Source of the DNA: a bacterium
Lineage (GTDB): Bacteria > UBA8248
DNA length: 64,000 nt
Direction: 5' to 3'
Assembly (NCBI GenBank): GCA_965203325.1
Contig: OZ241875.1
Coordinates: 768,001-832,000, forward strand
The position numbers were made by a program, and so were the translations under genes. Positions 8,377-17,531 of the stretch are shown here, piece after piece (the first letter of the stretch is position 1; each line of letters opens with the position of its first letter). The notes beneath the pieces are model-generated. The model was given only the letters and a program-made list of their open reading frames with translations. It did no database searches and had not been told where the DNA came from.

Positions 8377-8454
8377 CGCAGTCCTCCATTAGACCTCGTG
8401 CGAGTGGAACATAATTACGGACCGCAGAAGCTACCTGTCAAGCCCTACAATCCG

Positions 8455-9237
8455 TCAGCCAATGAACTCGGCCTCACCACTTACATCACCCGCCAGTTCC
8501 TCGGCGGTCCGGATGATGAGTTCGATGTCCGCATCCCGCGAGAGCCGGTGGCCGCCGTCCTTGACGAGCATGAGTCTCACGTCATCGCTTTTGAGGACCT
8601 CGGTCAGTTTCAAGGAAACCTCCCAGGAAATCGTTTCATCGAGCATCCCGTGTATAAGGCGAACCGGGCAGTTCAAATCGATCTCACCCCGCAGGAGCAG
8701 GTGCTTATCCCCCTCATCGAGGAGCTTTTTGGTGAAGGGATACGGCTCCCCCCAGATGTTGGGCGCGTGCATGACGTATCCCCGCTCGTCGAGTTCACGC
8801 TCCATCTCTTCGGTGAGCCTGTGCTTCTTGAAGCCATCCGTAAAATCAGGTCCCGACGCCACGCCCACCAGCCCTTTCACGCGTTCGGGCCGGGCCAGGG
8901 CGGTGAGCAGCATCATCCACGCGCCCATGCTGGAACCCACGAGCACTTGGGGTCCCCGGGCGACCTCGTCCAGGATCGCCAGCGCGTCCTCCGCCCACTC
9001 GCCGATGGTTCCCTCCTCGAATTTTCCCGAGGATTCCCCGTGTCCGCCGTAGTCGAAGCGAACGTAGGCGCGCCCCACCTTCCGGCAATGGGCTTCGAGC
9101 GCGCTCGCCTTCGTCCCGCTCATGTCCGAGCGGAAACCGCCCAGGAACATCAGGCCGGGCGATTCGCCCTCCAGACGGAACCAGGCGAGCGAATTCCCGT
9201 TTTCTCTGTGAAGAAAACTCGATCCGGAGTCGGACAT
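8455..9237 (-). CDS. Alpha/beta hydrolase (ABHD10-like)
   Basis: GGFRSDM.GTKA, RFDYGGHGES, GSSMG nucleophile elbow, KDGGHRLS. Confidence 0.9.
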   Translation of the reverse strand: MSDSGSSFLHRENGNSLAWFRLEGESPGLMFLGGFRSDMSGTKASALEAHCRKVGRAYVRFDYGGHGESSGKFEEGTIGEWAEDALAILDEVARGPQVLVGSSMGAWMMLLTALARPERVKGLVGVASGPDFTDGFKKHRLTEEMERELDERGYVMHAPNIWGEPYPFTKKLLDEGDKHLLLRGEIDLNCPVRLIHGMLDETISWEVSLKLTEVLKSDDVRLMLVKDGGHRLSRDADIELIIRTAEELAGDVSGEAEFIG

Positions 9238-9244
9238 TTTCGTT

Positions 9245-9778
9245 TCAGGATGAATTTTTCAGATGGTCGAGCAGCCGGGCGGGGACGCTCCGGATTGCGG
9301 CCTCCGCCGCCTCGTCTATGCAATGCCCATCCTCGTCGAAGACCTTGTGGACGCTTCCGATGGAAGCCTGACCGGGCAGAACCTCTCCGCCGATGTGGGT
9401 GAGAATATGCCTCAGGTGCGCGAGGGCGTTGTCCGCGCTCGGCCCCATCGCCACGCCCAGGATGGCGATGGTCTTGCCCTCGAACGTGGAGGGATAGCCC
9501 AGGTTGTCGATCGCCAGCTTGAGCGTGCTGCTGATGCTGCCGTGATACTCGGGCGTCGCGATGAGGATTCCCGCCGCCCCCGTCACGAGACTTTGCAGCA
9601 TATCGGGGTCTTTCGACTCGCTCGGCTCACCGGGCAGGGGCAGGTCCAGTTCACCCAGATGGATGCGCTTGATCTCGAAATCGCCCTTCCCCAACTCATC
9701 GAGCGCGAGGGCGAGGGCTTTATCGGTATTGTTCTGGGGCCTGCGGCTGCCGCCGAAGACAAGGATGTAGGGAGTCAT
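9245..9778 (-). CDS. NADPH-dependent FMN reductase (SsuE-like)
   Basis: GGSRR and TPEYHGSISSTLKLAID motifs; adjacent to an LLM monooxygenase. Confidence 0.88.
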   Translation of the reverse strand: MTPYILVFGGSRRPQNNTDKALALALDELGKGDFEIKRIHLGELDLPLPGEPSESKDPDMLQSLVTGAAGILIATPEYHGSISSTLKLAIDNLGYPSTFEGKTIAILGVAMGPSADNALAHLRHILTHIGGEVLPGQASIGSVHKVFDEDGHCIDEAAEAAIRSVPARLLDHLKNSS

Positions 9779-9793
9779 TTCCAGTTTTTTCGA

Positions 9794-10900
9794 TTATGCG
9801 GCGACGCCGGCCGGCTCGGGCAGTACGATGGGTTCGGTATCCTTGAGAAGCGGCAGGACCTCCCTGCCGAATATTTCCGCCTCTTCCCTGTGGGGCCATC
9901 CGTTCATGATGAAATGCCGCACGCCCGCTTCGTAATACTCGCGAATCACGCCTGCGACCATATCCGGCGTCCCGACGAACATCGTCCCCGCACCGCCGCG
10001 CACCCTGTTCACGCCCATCCAGATCGTATCGGTGATCCAGAGGCTGTCGCGCGAGCCCATCTCGTTGATGCGCATCTGTCCGGTGGATTCGGTGACGTTC
10101 TTCATGTCGCTCCACGTTCCCGTGTTCGAGATGTCGCTCCCCTCGATGAGCGCCTCGGCGGCGCGCACCGCCTCTTTCCTCGTCTCGCGCACGCAGACCA
10201 AATGGCGGATGCCGTAGCTGAGCGGCCGTTCGCGCTCATACGCCTGGGACTCGCGCCTGCCCTCCTCGATGTCCTTGCCGACGACTTCTGGTTCGGCGGC
10301 GTACATCATGTGCACGTCGCCGTGTTCCCACGCCACGCGCTTGCCGGGGTCTGAGCTACCCGCCAGGAAAATCGGGGGATTGGGCTTCGTCACCCGCTCG
10401 GGGAATATCCCTGCGTTTTCGATCTCGAAGAATTTTCCCTTGTAGTCGAGCGGCCCCTCCGCGTTCCAGAGCTTGCGCACCACGTCCAGGAACTCGCCCG
10501 TGCGCGCGTAGCGATCGTCATGCGGCATGAAATCTCCGTATCTTTTCTGATCCACGGGCGTGCTGCCCGTCACCACGTTAAGCGTGCAGCGCCCGCCGGT
10601 GAGGTAATCGAGGCTGTTCGCCTGCTGCGCCGCGTAGACCGGGCCGGTGATTCCGGGCCGGAAAGCCACCAGGAACTTGATCTTCTTCGTCCGGCTCGAA
10701 ATCGCGCCCGCCGTCGTCCAGGCGTCGATGCAGTGCGTGCCGCACGGCACGAGGATGTTGGCGAAGCCCGCCTCCTCGGCCGACGTCGTGACTTCCGCGA
10801 GATAATCCAGAGTGGCGGGCCGATCGGGCGTCTTCTGGTTCACCTGCGACCCGTCCCCCGCCCTGTGGGAGCAGAGCGCCCAGATGTATTCGGTGGACAT
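9794..10900 (-). CDS. LLM-class flavin-dependent monooxygenase (SsuD/SfnG-like)
   Basis: AEEAGFANILVP, KFLVAFRPG, GGRCTLNVVTG, GDFMPHDDRY and VGTPDMVA motifs; start chosen at MSTEYIW. Confidence 0.88.
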   Translation of the reverse strand: MSTEYIWALCSHRAGDGSQVNQKTPDRPATLDYLAEVTTSAEEAGFANILVPCGTHCIDAWTTAGAISSRTKKIKFLVAFRPGITGPVYAAQQANSLDYLTGGRCTLNVVTGSTPVDQKRYGDFMPHDDRYARTGEFLDVVRKLWNAEGPLDYKGKFFEIENAGIFPERVTKPNPPIFLAGSSDPGKRVAWEHGDVHMMYAAEPEVVGKDIEEGRRESQAYERERPLSYGIRHLVCVRETRKEAVRAAEALIEGSDISNTGTWSDMKNVTESTGQMRINEMGSRDSLWITDTIWMGVNRVRGGAGTMFVGTPDMVAGVIREYYEAGVRHFIMNGWPHREEAEIFGREVLPLLKDTEPIVLPEPAGVAA

Positions 10901-11033
10901 CTTTCGTCTCCTCGGCGCCTCACTCACCCGCGTGGCGCGACTTGGAAGAAGTCCTGAGTTTCACCCGGAACACGTACATCAAGATAAAGCCATCGCCATC
11001 ACGGATCAAGTCCGTAAATCAACGCTGAAGCAT

Positions 11034-11431
11034 GGCTGTTGAAAAGTCCCCGCAAGCGGTGGGGGTACGATGGTTTTGTAGTGACAACCCCTCCCCGGGG
11101 TTGCCCCACAGTTCACGAACCGCCCCTGCAGGCGTCATTCCGGCATGTTTTAAGCCGGGATCCATTTTCAAGCAGAATGACGATACGCCGGCTTTTCATC
11201 TCCCCGTCATTGGGGGAAGCAATCAGGAAATAAAAACAAAGGCAAAACAAATGGATTCCGGCTTTCGCCAGAATGACGATCAAAAGCATATTCACCCGTA
11301 GGGGCGGCCCCCTGTGGCCGCCCACATCGTATATGATCATCCCCGTGACTACCCTTCGCAGGGACAGGCACGGGGGCCTGTCCCTACAAACCCTCTACTT
11401 GCAGGGACCTGTGTGGGCTTTTTCAACAACC
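11034..11431. mobile_element. MITE-like composite element with terminal inverted repeats enclosing nested REP-like palindromes
   Basis: Left GGCTGTTGAAAAGTCCC (11034-11050), right GGGCTTTTTCAACAACC (11415-11431); internal GTCATTCCGGC/GGATTCCGGC pair and GTAG/CTAC palindromes; no coding capacity. Confidence 0.6.
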
Positions 11432-11523
11432 CCCGAAGCGCGAGTAACAGGCGCAAACCGGGTTCGCAACTCAACAGGGCGAATGACCTTTCGTCGGGCC
11501 GGCCGATCAGCGCTTGGACGAAT

Positions 11524-12114
11524 TCAGGGCGCTTTCTCCAAAACGACCATGTAGCGGCGCTCGCGCCTGCGCTCGACGATGACGTTTCGGCGCTCCATCC
11601 CGTGCCCCGGCAGCCGCAGCCACATCGAATACTCGCCCGGGGTGAGATTCGTCACCTCGATCGCCGGGGCCGCCTTGCCGTAATACTGGCTCCCGATAAA
11701 GACCTCCGCGCCCGGCGGGTCGGAGCGGACGACGAGGCGGCCTGCGCCCTCTCTCGTCAACCGCATCTCGATGGACGTCTTCTTCGCGCGCACGTCGACT
11801 TCGAGAACCTGGCCGACGTAGCCGGGAAACTCCGCCCGGATCGAATGACGCCCGTAGTCCACACCCTTGATCTCGACGGGCCTGAGTTTATAGGCCTCCC
11901 CGCGCGGATTTCCGTTGAAGATGACGACGGCGCCCTCGGGCCTGCTCGTCACGACGATCTCGCCCTTGCCGCTGCGCGGAGCTTCAGCGGCTTTTTTCCC
12001 CCGGGCGCACCCCACAGCCGACACCAGGGCGAATAGCATGGACAGAACAACAATGAAACGGATGGGGCGCTTCGGCGGCGAAATGGAAGCAAAGAGTCTC
12101 TTCTTCATGCTCAT
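11524..12114 (-). CDS. PEGA-domain lipoprotein (two PEGA repeats)
   Basis: Lipobox SAVGC; VTSRPEGAVVIFNG and VRSDPPGAEVFIG repeats. Confidence 0.8.
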   Translation of the reverse strand: MSMKKRLFASISPPKRPIRFIVVLSMLFALVSAVGCARGKKAAEAPRSGKGEIVVTSRPEGAVVIFNGNPRGEAYKLRPVEIKGVDYGRHSIRAEFPGYVGQVLEVDVRAKKTSIEMRLTREGAGRLVVRSDPPGAEVFIGSQYYGKAAPAIEVTNLTPGEYSMWLRLPGHGMERRNVIVERRRERRYMVVLEKAP

Positions 12115-12287
12115 CCCTCCTGTCTTGCGAGACCTGAGCCTTTTGCATCCCTCTAATGTACCCTGTTTCGGGCGAGAGCAAAAGCCGGGGGAAAAGACGA
12201 CCCCCGCACGCGCTTGCCCATTCCCCTCCCATGAGGAATGATGCGGGTAAATTCCAGAAAATAATCACCAGGGGAGAAGATTCCAAG

Positions 12288-13982
12288 ATGCGGGGACACC
12301 TGAGAGGACTGACGAACTATGGCGACCCAGGCTTCAGCGTTTTCGCGAGAGGCGCCTACGCGCGGGGGTTCGGCCTGACGAAAGAGGACCTGGAAAAACC
12401 CATCGTCGGCATCGCGCAGACCTGGAGCGAACTCAACCCCTGCCACCGCCACCTGCGCGAGATCGCCGAGGCCGTCAAGCGCGGCGTCTGGCAATCGGGC
12501 GGCCTGCCGCTGGAGTTTCCCACCATCTCCCTGGGCGAGATGTACATGAATCCGACTGCCATGTTCTTCCGGAACCTCCTCTCGATGGACACCGAAGAGA
12601 TGATCAAGGGCCAGCCCATGGACGGGGTGGTACTGCTCGGCGGCTGCGACAAGACGCTCCCCGCGCAACTCATGGGCGCGGCCAGCGCCGGGATGCCCGC
12701 CATCTGCGTGACGGCGGGGCCGATGATCGGCGGACGCTTCGAGGACAAGGTGCTGGGCGCGTGCTCGGACTGCCGGGGGACGTGGGCCGAATACCGGGCG
12801 GGCAACTATGACGACGCGCGCCTCGAAGAGGTCCAGGGTTCGCTCTTCCCGTCCACGGGCACCTGCATGGTGATGGGAACGGCGAGCACGATGGCGTCCC
12901 TCACCGAGGCGATGGGCATGATGCTGCCGGGTCTCGCGGCGGTCCCGGCGGTGAACTCGAACCGCATGCGCCTCGCGGAGCAAAGCGGGCGGCGCATCAC
13001 CGGGTTGATCGAAAAAGACATCACGCCCGAGAAAATCATGACGCGCGAGGCGTTCGAGAACGCCATCCGCGTGCTGATGGCCGTGGGCGGATCGACGAAC
13101 GCCGTCGTCCACCTGCCCGCCATCGCCGGACGGCTGGGCATCGACCTCCCGCTATCGGTGTTCGATGACATCTCGCGCACCACGCCCATGATCGGCAACA
13201 TCCGGCCATCGGGGAAGAAATACCTGATGGAGGACTTGGCTGCTGCTGGCGGAATCCCGGTGGTGATGAAGGAACTCGAACCCCTGCTCCATGGGGATTG
13301 CCTCACCGTGACGGGAGAGACCGTGAGCGAGAACCTCTCGAAAATCCAAGGGGCGCAGCCGTGGCAGGACGTCATCTACACGCGGGAGGAACCCATATCC
13401 GAAGAAGGCGGCCTCGTCATCGTCAAGGGCTCGCTCGCACCCGACGGGGCGGTCATCAAGATTTCAGCGGCGGACTCCGATCTGCTGACGCATACGGGTC
13501 CTGCGGTCGTGTTCTCATCCCAGCAGGATTTGATCGAGCGAATCGACGACCCCGACCTCCCCGCCACGGCGGAGAGCATCTTCGTGCTCCAGAACACGGG
13601 TCCCATCGGCGCGCCCGGCTTCCCGGAGGCAGGCTCCCTGCCGCTGCCCAAGAAGCTGCTCGAAGCGGGCGTTCGCGACGTGGTGCGCATTTCGGACGCG
13701 CGCATGAGCGGGACGGCGTCGGGAACCATCGTGCTGCACGTGGCGCCCGAAGCGGCGGCGGGCGGCCCCCTCGCCCTCGTCCGGGACGGCGACATGATCA
13801 CCCTGGACGTCCCGAACCGAAAGCTGGATCTCAACGTCCCCGAAGAAGAACTCCAGCGCCGCCGCGCCACGCTTGAGCCTGTGCCGCCTCACTACGACAG
13901 GGGCTACGGCAGGCTGTTTATCGAAAACGTGCTCCAGGCGCCCGATGGCTGTGACTTCGGTTTCCTGAGAAAGGCGGAATAA
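12288..13982 (+). CDS. Dihydroxy-acid/sugar-acid dehydratase (IlvD/Edd family)
   Basis: ELNPCH, GGCDKT, GTCMVMGTASTM, GGSTNA and SDARMSGT motifs; AGGGGAG RBS before ATG 12288. Confidence 0.93.
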   Translation: MRGHLRGLTNYGDPGFSVFARGAYARGFGLTKEDLEKPIVGIAQTWSELNPCHRHLREIAEAVKRGVWQSGGLPLEFPTISLGEMYMNPTAMFFRNLLSMDTEEMIKGQPMDGVVLLGGCDKTLPAQLMGAASAGMPAICVTAGPMIGGRFEDKVLGACSDCRGTWAEYRAGNYDDARLEEVQGSLFPSTGTCMVMGTASTMASLTEAMGMMLPGLAAVPAVNSNRMRLAEQSGRRITGLIEKDITPEKIMTREAFENAIRVLMAVGGSTNAVVHLPAIAGRLGIDLPLSVFDDISRTTPMIGNIRPSGKKYLMEDLAAAGGIPVVMKELEPLLHGDCLTVTGETVSENLSKIQGAQPWQDVIYTREEPISEEGGLVIVKGSLAPDGAVIKISAADSDLLTHTGPAVVFSSQQDLIERIDDPDLPATAESIFVLQNTGPIGAPGFPEAGSLPLPKKLLEAGVRDVVRISDARMSGTASGTIVLHVAPEAAAGGPLALVRDGDMITLDVPNRKLDLNVPEEELQRRRATLEPVPPHYDRGYGRLFIENVLQAPDGCDFGFLRKAE

Positions 13983-13985
13983 GCC

Positions 13986-15032
13986 ATGCGCCGGGTCCGC
14001 GTCGTCGCACGCATGCTGCCCTGCATCCGCGCCCTGCGCGGCAGGCCCTTCGCGCCTGCGATTGAAGAGCGCATGACCCGTGCGATGGATGAGGAGAAAA
14101 TCGAACTCATCATCGAACCCGACGCCGGAAAACGGATGGCGGCGCTTGAGGAGGCGGATTTCTTTCTCTGCGAGAACGACCCGCTGCCTGAGGATTTTTA
14201 TGCGCGCGCAAAAAAGCTGAAACTCATCCAGGCGGGCGGCTATTTCTTCGAGAAACTGCAAATCGAGCGCGCCACGCGGGCGGGCGTGCCCGTGATGACC
14301 TTCCCGATGCCGATCACCGACTCGGTGGCGGACCACACCCTGATGATGCTGTTGGCGCTCAAGAGAAATTTCGAAGGCGCCATGCGCGACGCCCGCGAAG
14401 GTTCGGACAATCCCCCATCCCCCCAAAGGCCGGACGGCAGCGCGTTTAACTGGACGCAGACGCAGGGCATCGCCCCGCTGCGCGGCGCCCGCCTGGGCGT
14501 TCTGGGGATGGGCGACATCGGACGCGGCGTATCCCTGCGCGCCCGCGCGTTCGGGATGGAGATTCTGTATTGGAACAGAACGCCGCTGCCCGAATCCGTG
14601 GACGAGGCGCTGGGCGCGCGGCCAGTGACGCGTGAGGAGTTGTTCCAAAACGCAGACGCGCTTCTGGTCGGCGTCGCCTTGAACGAGGAGACGCGCGGCA
14701 TCATCGGCGAGAAGGAGATTCGCGCGCTGCCCAAAGGGGCATACATCCTGAACATCGGGCGCGGGCCGCTCATCGATCAGGAAGCCATGTATCGCGCGCT
14801 CACAGACGGCCACCTGGGCGGGGCGGGGCTGGACGTCTTCGACCCCGAGCCGTTTCCCCCCGAACACCCGCTGCTGCGTCTGCCGAACGTCATCCCCACG
14901 CCGCACTGCGCGGGCGGGGACGATGAGAACATCATCCGGGAAATCGAGGTTTACTTCGAAAACATCCACCGCGCCCTGAACGGCGAAGCGCCCCTGGGCG
15001 TGGTGAACGGCGCCCCCTGGCGGGGTTTGTAG
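13986..15032 (+). CDS. D-isomer-specific 2-hydroxyacid dehydrogenase
   Basis: GVLGMGDIG, NIGRG, GAGLDVF.PEP and TPHCAG motifs; start uncertain. Confidence 0.9.
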   Translation: MRRVRVVARMLPCIRALRGRPFAPAIEERMTRAMDEEKIELIIEPDAGKRMAALEEADFFLCENDPLPEDFYARAKKLKLIQAGGYFFEKLQIERATRAGVPVMTFPMPITDSVADHTLMMLLALKRNFEGAMRDAREGSDNPPSPQRPDGSAFNWTQTQGIAPLRGARLGVLGMGDIGRGVSLRARAFGMEILYWNRTPLPESVDEALGARPVTREELFQNADALLVGVALNEETRGIIGEKEIRALPKGAYILNIGRGPLIDQEAMYRALTDGHLGGAGLDVFDPEPFPPEHPLLRLPNVIPTPHCAGGDDENIIREIEVYFENIHRALNGEAPLGVVNGAPWRGL

Positions 15033-15035
15033 GCG

Positions 15036-15767
15036 ATGTGCGGACGCTTCACCCTCATCGAACCCATCCCCTGGCTCGCGGAAATTTTAGGCCTTGAAAA
15101 CCCGGAAAGCGTGGGCGAGCTTCCGCCCCGCTACAACGTCTCGCCGGGCACGGAGGTCGTGATCGTCCGCACGAAAGAATCGACTGATACGAACGCGCGC
15201 GAACTCGCCCTCGCCCGCTGGGGCCTGGTGCCCTTCTGGGCGAAGGACCCCGATTTCGGGACCAGAACGATAAACGCACGCTCGGAAACCGCTGCAGAGA
15301 AACCCGCCTTCCGCGCCGCATTCCGCTACAGGCGATGCCTCATCCCCGCGGACGGCTTTTACGAGTGGGCGGGGAGCGGGAGAAAAAAACAGCCTTGGTT
15401 CATTCATCTGGCAGACAGGAAACCCTTCGCTTTCGCGGGTCTTTGGGAGAGTTGGACGGGGGCGGACGGGAGCGTTCTCGAGACCTGCACGATCCTCACG
15501 ACGGGGGCGAACGAGAAACTGGCCGAACTGCACCACCGGATGCCGGTCATCCTGCCCGAGGCATCTTATGCGGACTGGCTGAACCCGCGCGAGAACCGCG
15601 CGAAGGTTCTCCAGCCGTTTCTCAAGCCCTATCCCTCCGACGCCTTTTCGTATTACCCGGTGAGCGAGCGGGTGAACAGCCCGAGAAACGACGATGCGGC
15701 GTGTACCGAAAGACACGAAGAGGAGAAGGAGCCGCCACAGCTTCAGGGCTCGCTCTTCGGGGATTGA
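15036..15767 (+). CDS. SOS response-associated peptidase (SRAP/YedK/HMCES family)
   Basis: MCGRF N-terminus, INARSET, DGFYEW, HHRMPVIL; C-terminal QGSLF clamp-binding-like motif. Confidence 0.95.
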   Translation: MCGRFTLIEPIPWLAEILGLENPESVGELPPRYNVSPGTEVVIVRTKESTDTNARELALARWGLVPFWAKDPDFGTRTINARSETAAEKPAFRAAFRYRRCLIPADGFYEWAGSGRKKQPWFIHLADRKPFAFAGLWESWTGADGSVLETCTILTTGANEKLAELHHRMPVILPEASYADWLNPRENRAKVLQPFLKPYPSDAFSYYPVSERVNSPRNDDAACTERHEEEKEPPQLQGSLFGD

Positions 15768-15801
15768 GGCGAGGGAGCGGATGACCCCAGAGATACTTAG
15801 A

Positions 15802-16093
15802 GGACAGGCACGGGGGCCTGTCCCTACACACCCTAACGAGTGACGGACTGTAGGGACACCCCCCCGTGGTTGTCCGTCGTTACGACCTTTTCCTGCGAAG
15901 CAGGGCGGCTTTGCTCGTCATTCCGGCGAAAGCCGGAATGACGGCGGTGGCAAAAATGTCGGAGAGGAAAAGCGAGTTCATCGGATGGCGCTGCGCAGGG
16001 CGCGATGGTTCTGTAGGGACAGGTCGCGACCTGTCCCTACGGTGAACAATTCGATAATTGGGATGCTGTCCCCCCTTGGGACTTTCTCAACAA
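15802..16093. repeat. Cluster of REP-like palindromes between convergent genes
   Basis: GGACAGGCACGGGGGCCTGTCCCTAC (15802-15827), GTAGGGACACCCCCCCGTGGTTGTCC (15850-15875), GTCATTCCGGCGAAAGCCGGAATGAC (15917-15942), GTAGGGACAGGTCGCGACCTGTCCCTAC (16013-16040) and TIR-like GGGACTTTCTCAACAA (16078-16093). Confidence 0.85.
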
Positions 16094-16144
16094 TTCCGCC
16101 TGCATTTCCTACGAGCCGTTAGACAAAAACTGGGCGGACACATT

Positions 16145-16171
16145 CGGGCTTCGCTTCCTCAGCGAAGCCCG
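16145..16171. other. Perfect 11-bp stem hairpin downstream of the OYE gene (possible terminator)
   Basis: CGGGCTTCGCT-TCCTC-AGCGAAGCCCG; no clear U tract. Confidence 0.5.
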
Positions 16172-16219
16172 GAACATCTATGGAAAATCTTTCGTTATCA
16201 ATTACTTACAAAGCGAAGC

Positions 16220-17413
16220 TCACGAAATAGACGAACCCTCGGGTTGTTCTTCTATCGGCGCATCGGTGGTGAGGCGCTTTTTCGCCGTGGGCGCGTAGCC
16301 GCCACCCGCCATCGTGGAGGCGATTTCGAGCACCTCGCTCATGGATTCGGGGATTCCCGAGGGATAGGCATCGTCGGGACACTTGCTGTTCGTCATGAAC
16401 GCGCACGGCTTGCACTCGATGCAGCGGATGACTTCCCCGTCCCGCCCGGCGAGCGCCTTGTTCGCATAGTCCGGATCCGTGAGCAGGGCGCGTCCCACGC
16501 CGACGAAATCGGCACCCCCATCGAGATACGCCTGTATCCGCGCGGGCTCGAAGGCGGCCCCGTTCGCGACCAGGGGAACGTCCACCGCTTTGCGCAGCCT
16601 GTCGAAAGCGGGGTTGTACAAATCCGGCATGACGGGCAGGCCCACGCGCGCGTTTCGCGAGCAATGGAGGATGTCGACCCCCGCCTCCACGAGCGCGGGC
16701 GCAAGGGCCAGCGTGTCCTCCACCGTGAAGCCGTTCTCGAAAGGCTCCAAAAGCCCTAGGCGATAGCTCACCACCATCTCGTCTCCCCCGCCCTCGCGCA
16801 CGGCCTGCGCCACCTCGATCGGAAAGCGCATGCGGTTCTCAAGCGCGCCGCCGTAGCCGTCCGTCCGCTGGTTCGAAGCCGGCGAGAAGAACTGCTGGCA
16901 CAGATACCAGGTCGCCCCGTGAATTTCGAGTATCTTTCCCCCCGCCTCGCGCACCCTGCGCGCCGCGTCGCCATAAGCCTTGACGGCGGTTTTGATATCC
17001 GCCTCGCTCATCTCGCGCGGCACCTCGTCTTCGGTGGGATGCGGGATGGGAGAAGGTCCCACGGGCTCCATCCCCGTGATGGCGCTGAGCGCCGTCCTGC
17101 CCGCGTGATAAATCTGGACGGCGAGCGGCGCGCCGGCGTCTTCCACCGCCTGAATCAGTTCACGAAGCGCGGGGACGTGCGCGTCGTCATGCGTGCTCAA
17201 CTGGTTGGGAAAGCCCTTCCCCTCCTGGTTGACGTAGGTCGCCTCGGTGAAGCAAATCGCTGCGCCCCCTCTGGCGCGGGCTTTATAGTGCGCGTGCGAC
17301 CAGGCGGAGGGCGCGCCGTCTTCTTCTGCGCGCGAGGTCGTCATCGCGGACATGAGGATGCGGTGCTTGATGCGCTGCCCTCGGACTTCGATGGGATCCG
17401 TAAATTTAGCCAT
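16220..17413 (-). CDS. NADH:flavin oxidoreductase (Old Yellow Enzyme family)
   Basis: RARGGA, QIYHAGR, EIHGA..YL..QF.SP.SNQRTD.YGG..ENRMRF motifs. Confidence 0.92.
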   Translation of the reverse strand: MAKFTDPIEVRGQRIKHRILMSAMTTSRAEEDGAPSAWSHAHYKARARGGAAICFTEATYVNQEGKGFPNQLSTHDDAHVPALRELIQAVEDAGAPLAVQIYHAGRTALSAITGMEPVGPSPIPHPTEDEVPREMSEADIKTAVKAYGDAARRVREAGGKILEIHGATWYLCQQFFSPASNQRTDGYGGALENRMRFPIEVAQAVREGGGDEMVVSYRLGLLEPFENGFTVEDTLALAPALVEAGVDILHCSRNARVGLPVMPDLYNPAFDRLRKAVDVPLVANGAAFEPARIQAYLDGGADFVGVGRALLTDPDYANKALAGRDGEVIRCIECKPCAFMTNSKCPDDAYPSGIPESMSEVLEIASTMAGGGYAPTAKKRLTTDAPIEEQPEGSSIS

Positions 17414-17531
17414 GTAGAGAAATCTCCCGAAAATCACCCCCAACAACCACCATCGCGGCGAGCCCGCCGGACCCGCCGCGATGCGATCTGAAAATCAGGA
17501 GGGCGGAAACTGCACCCGCTCCCCGCTCGTT

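Noticed and set aside
11032..11554. Small ORFs over repeat clusters (also 45820-46275, 53765-54052, 61169-61449, 62024-62300)
   Set aside because: Translations of REP/MITE DNA (e.g. VGTGRDLSL, VIPA, WIPA-type peptides), not genes
15802..16093. Possible CRISPR array from recurring ~28-bp palindromes
   Set aside because: The units differ from each other, spacing is irregular, copies are dispersed across the window, and there are no cas genes; they are REP-like
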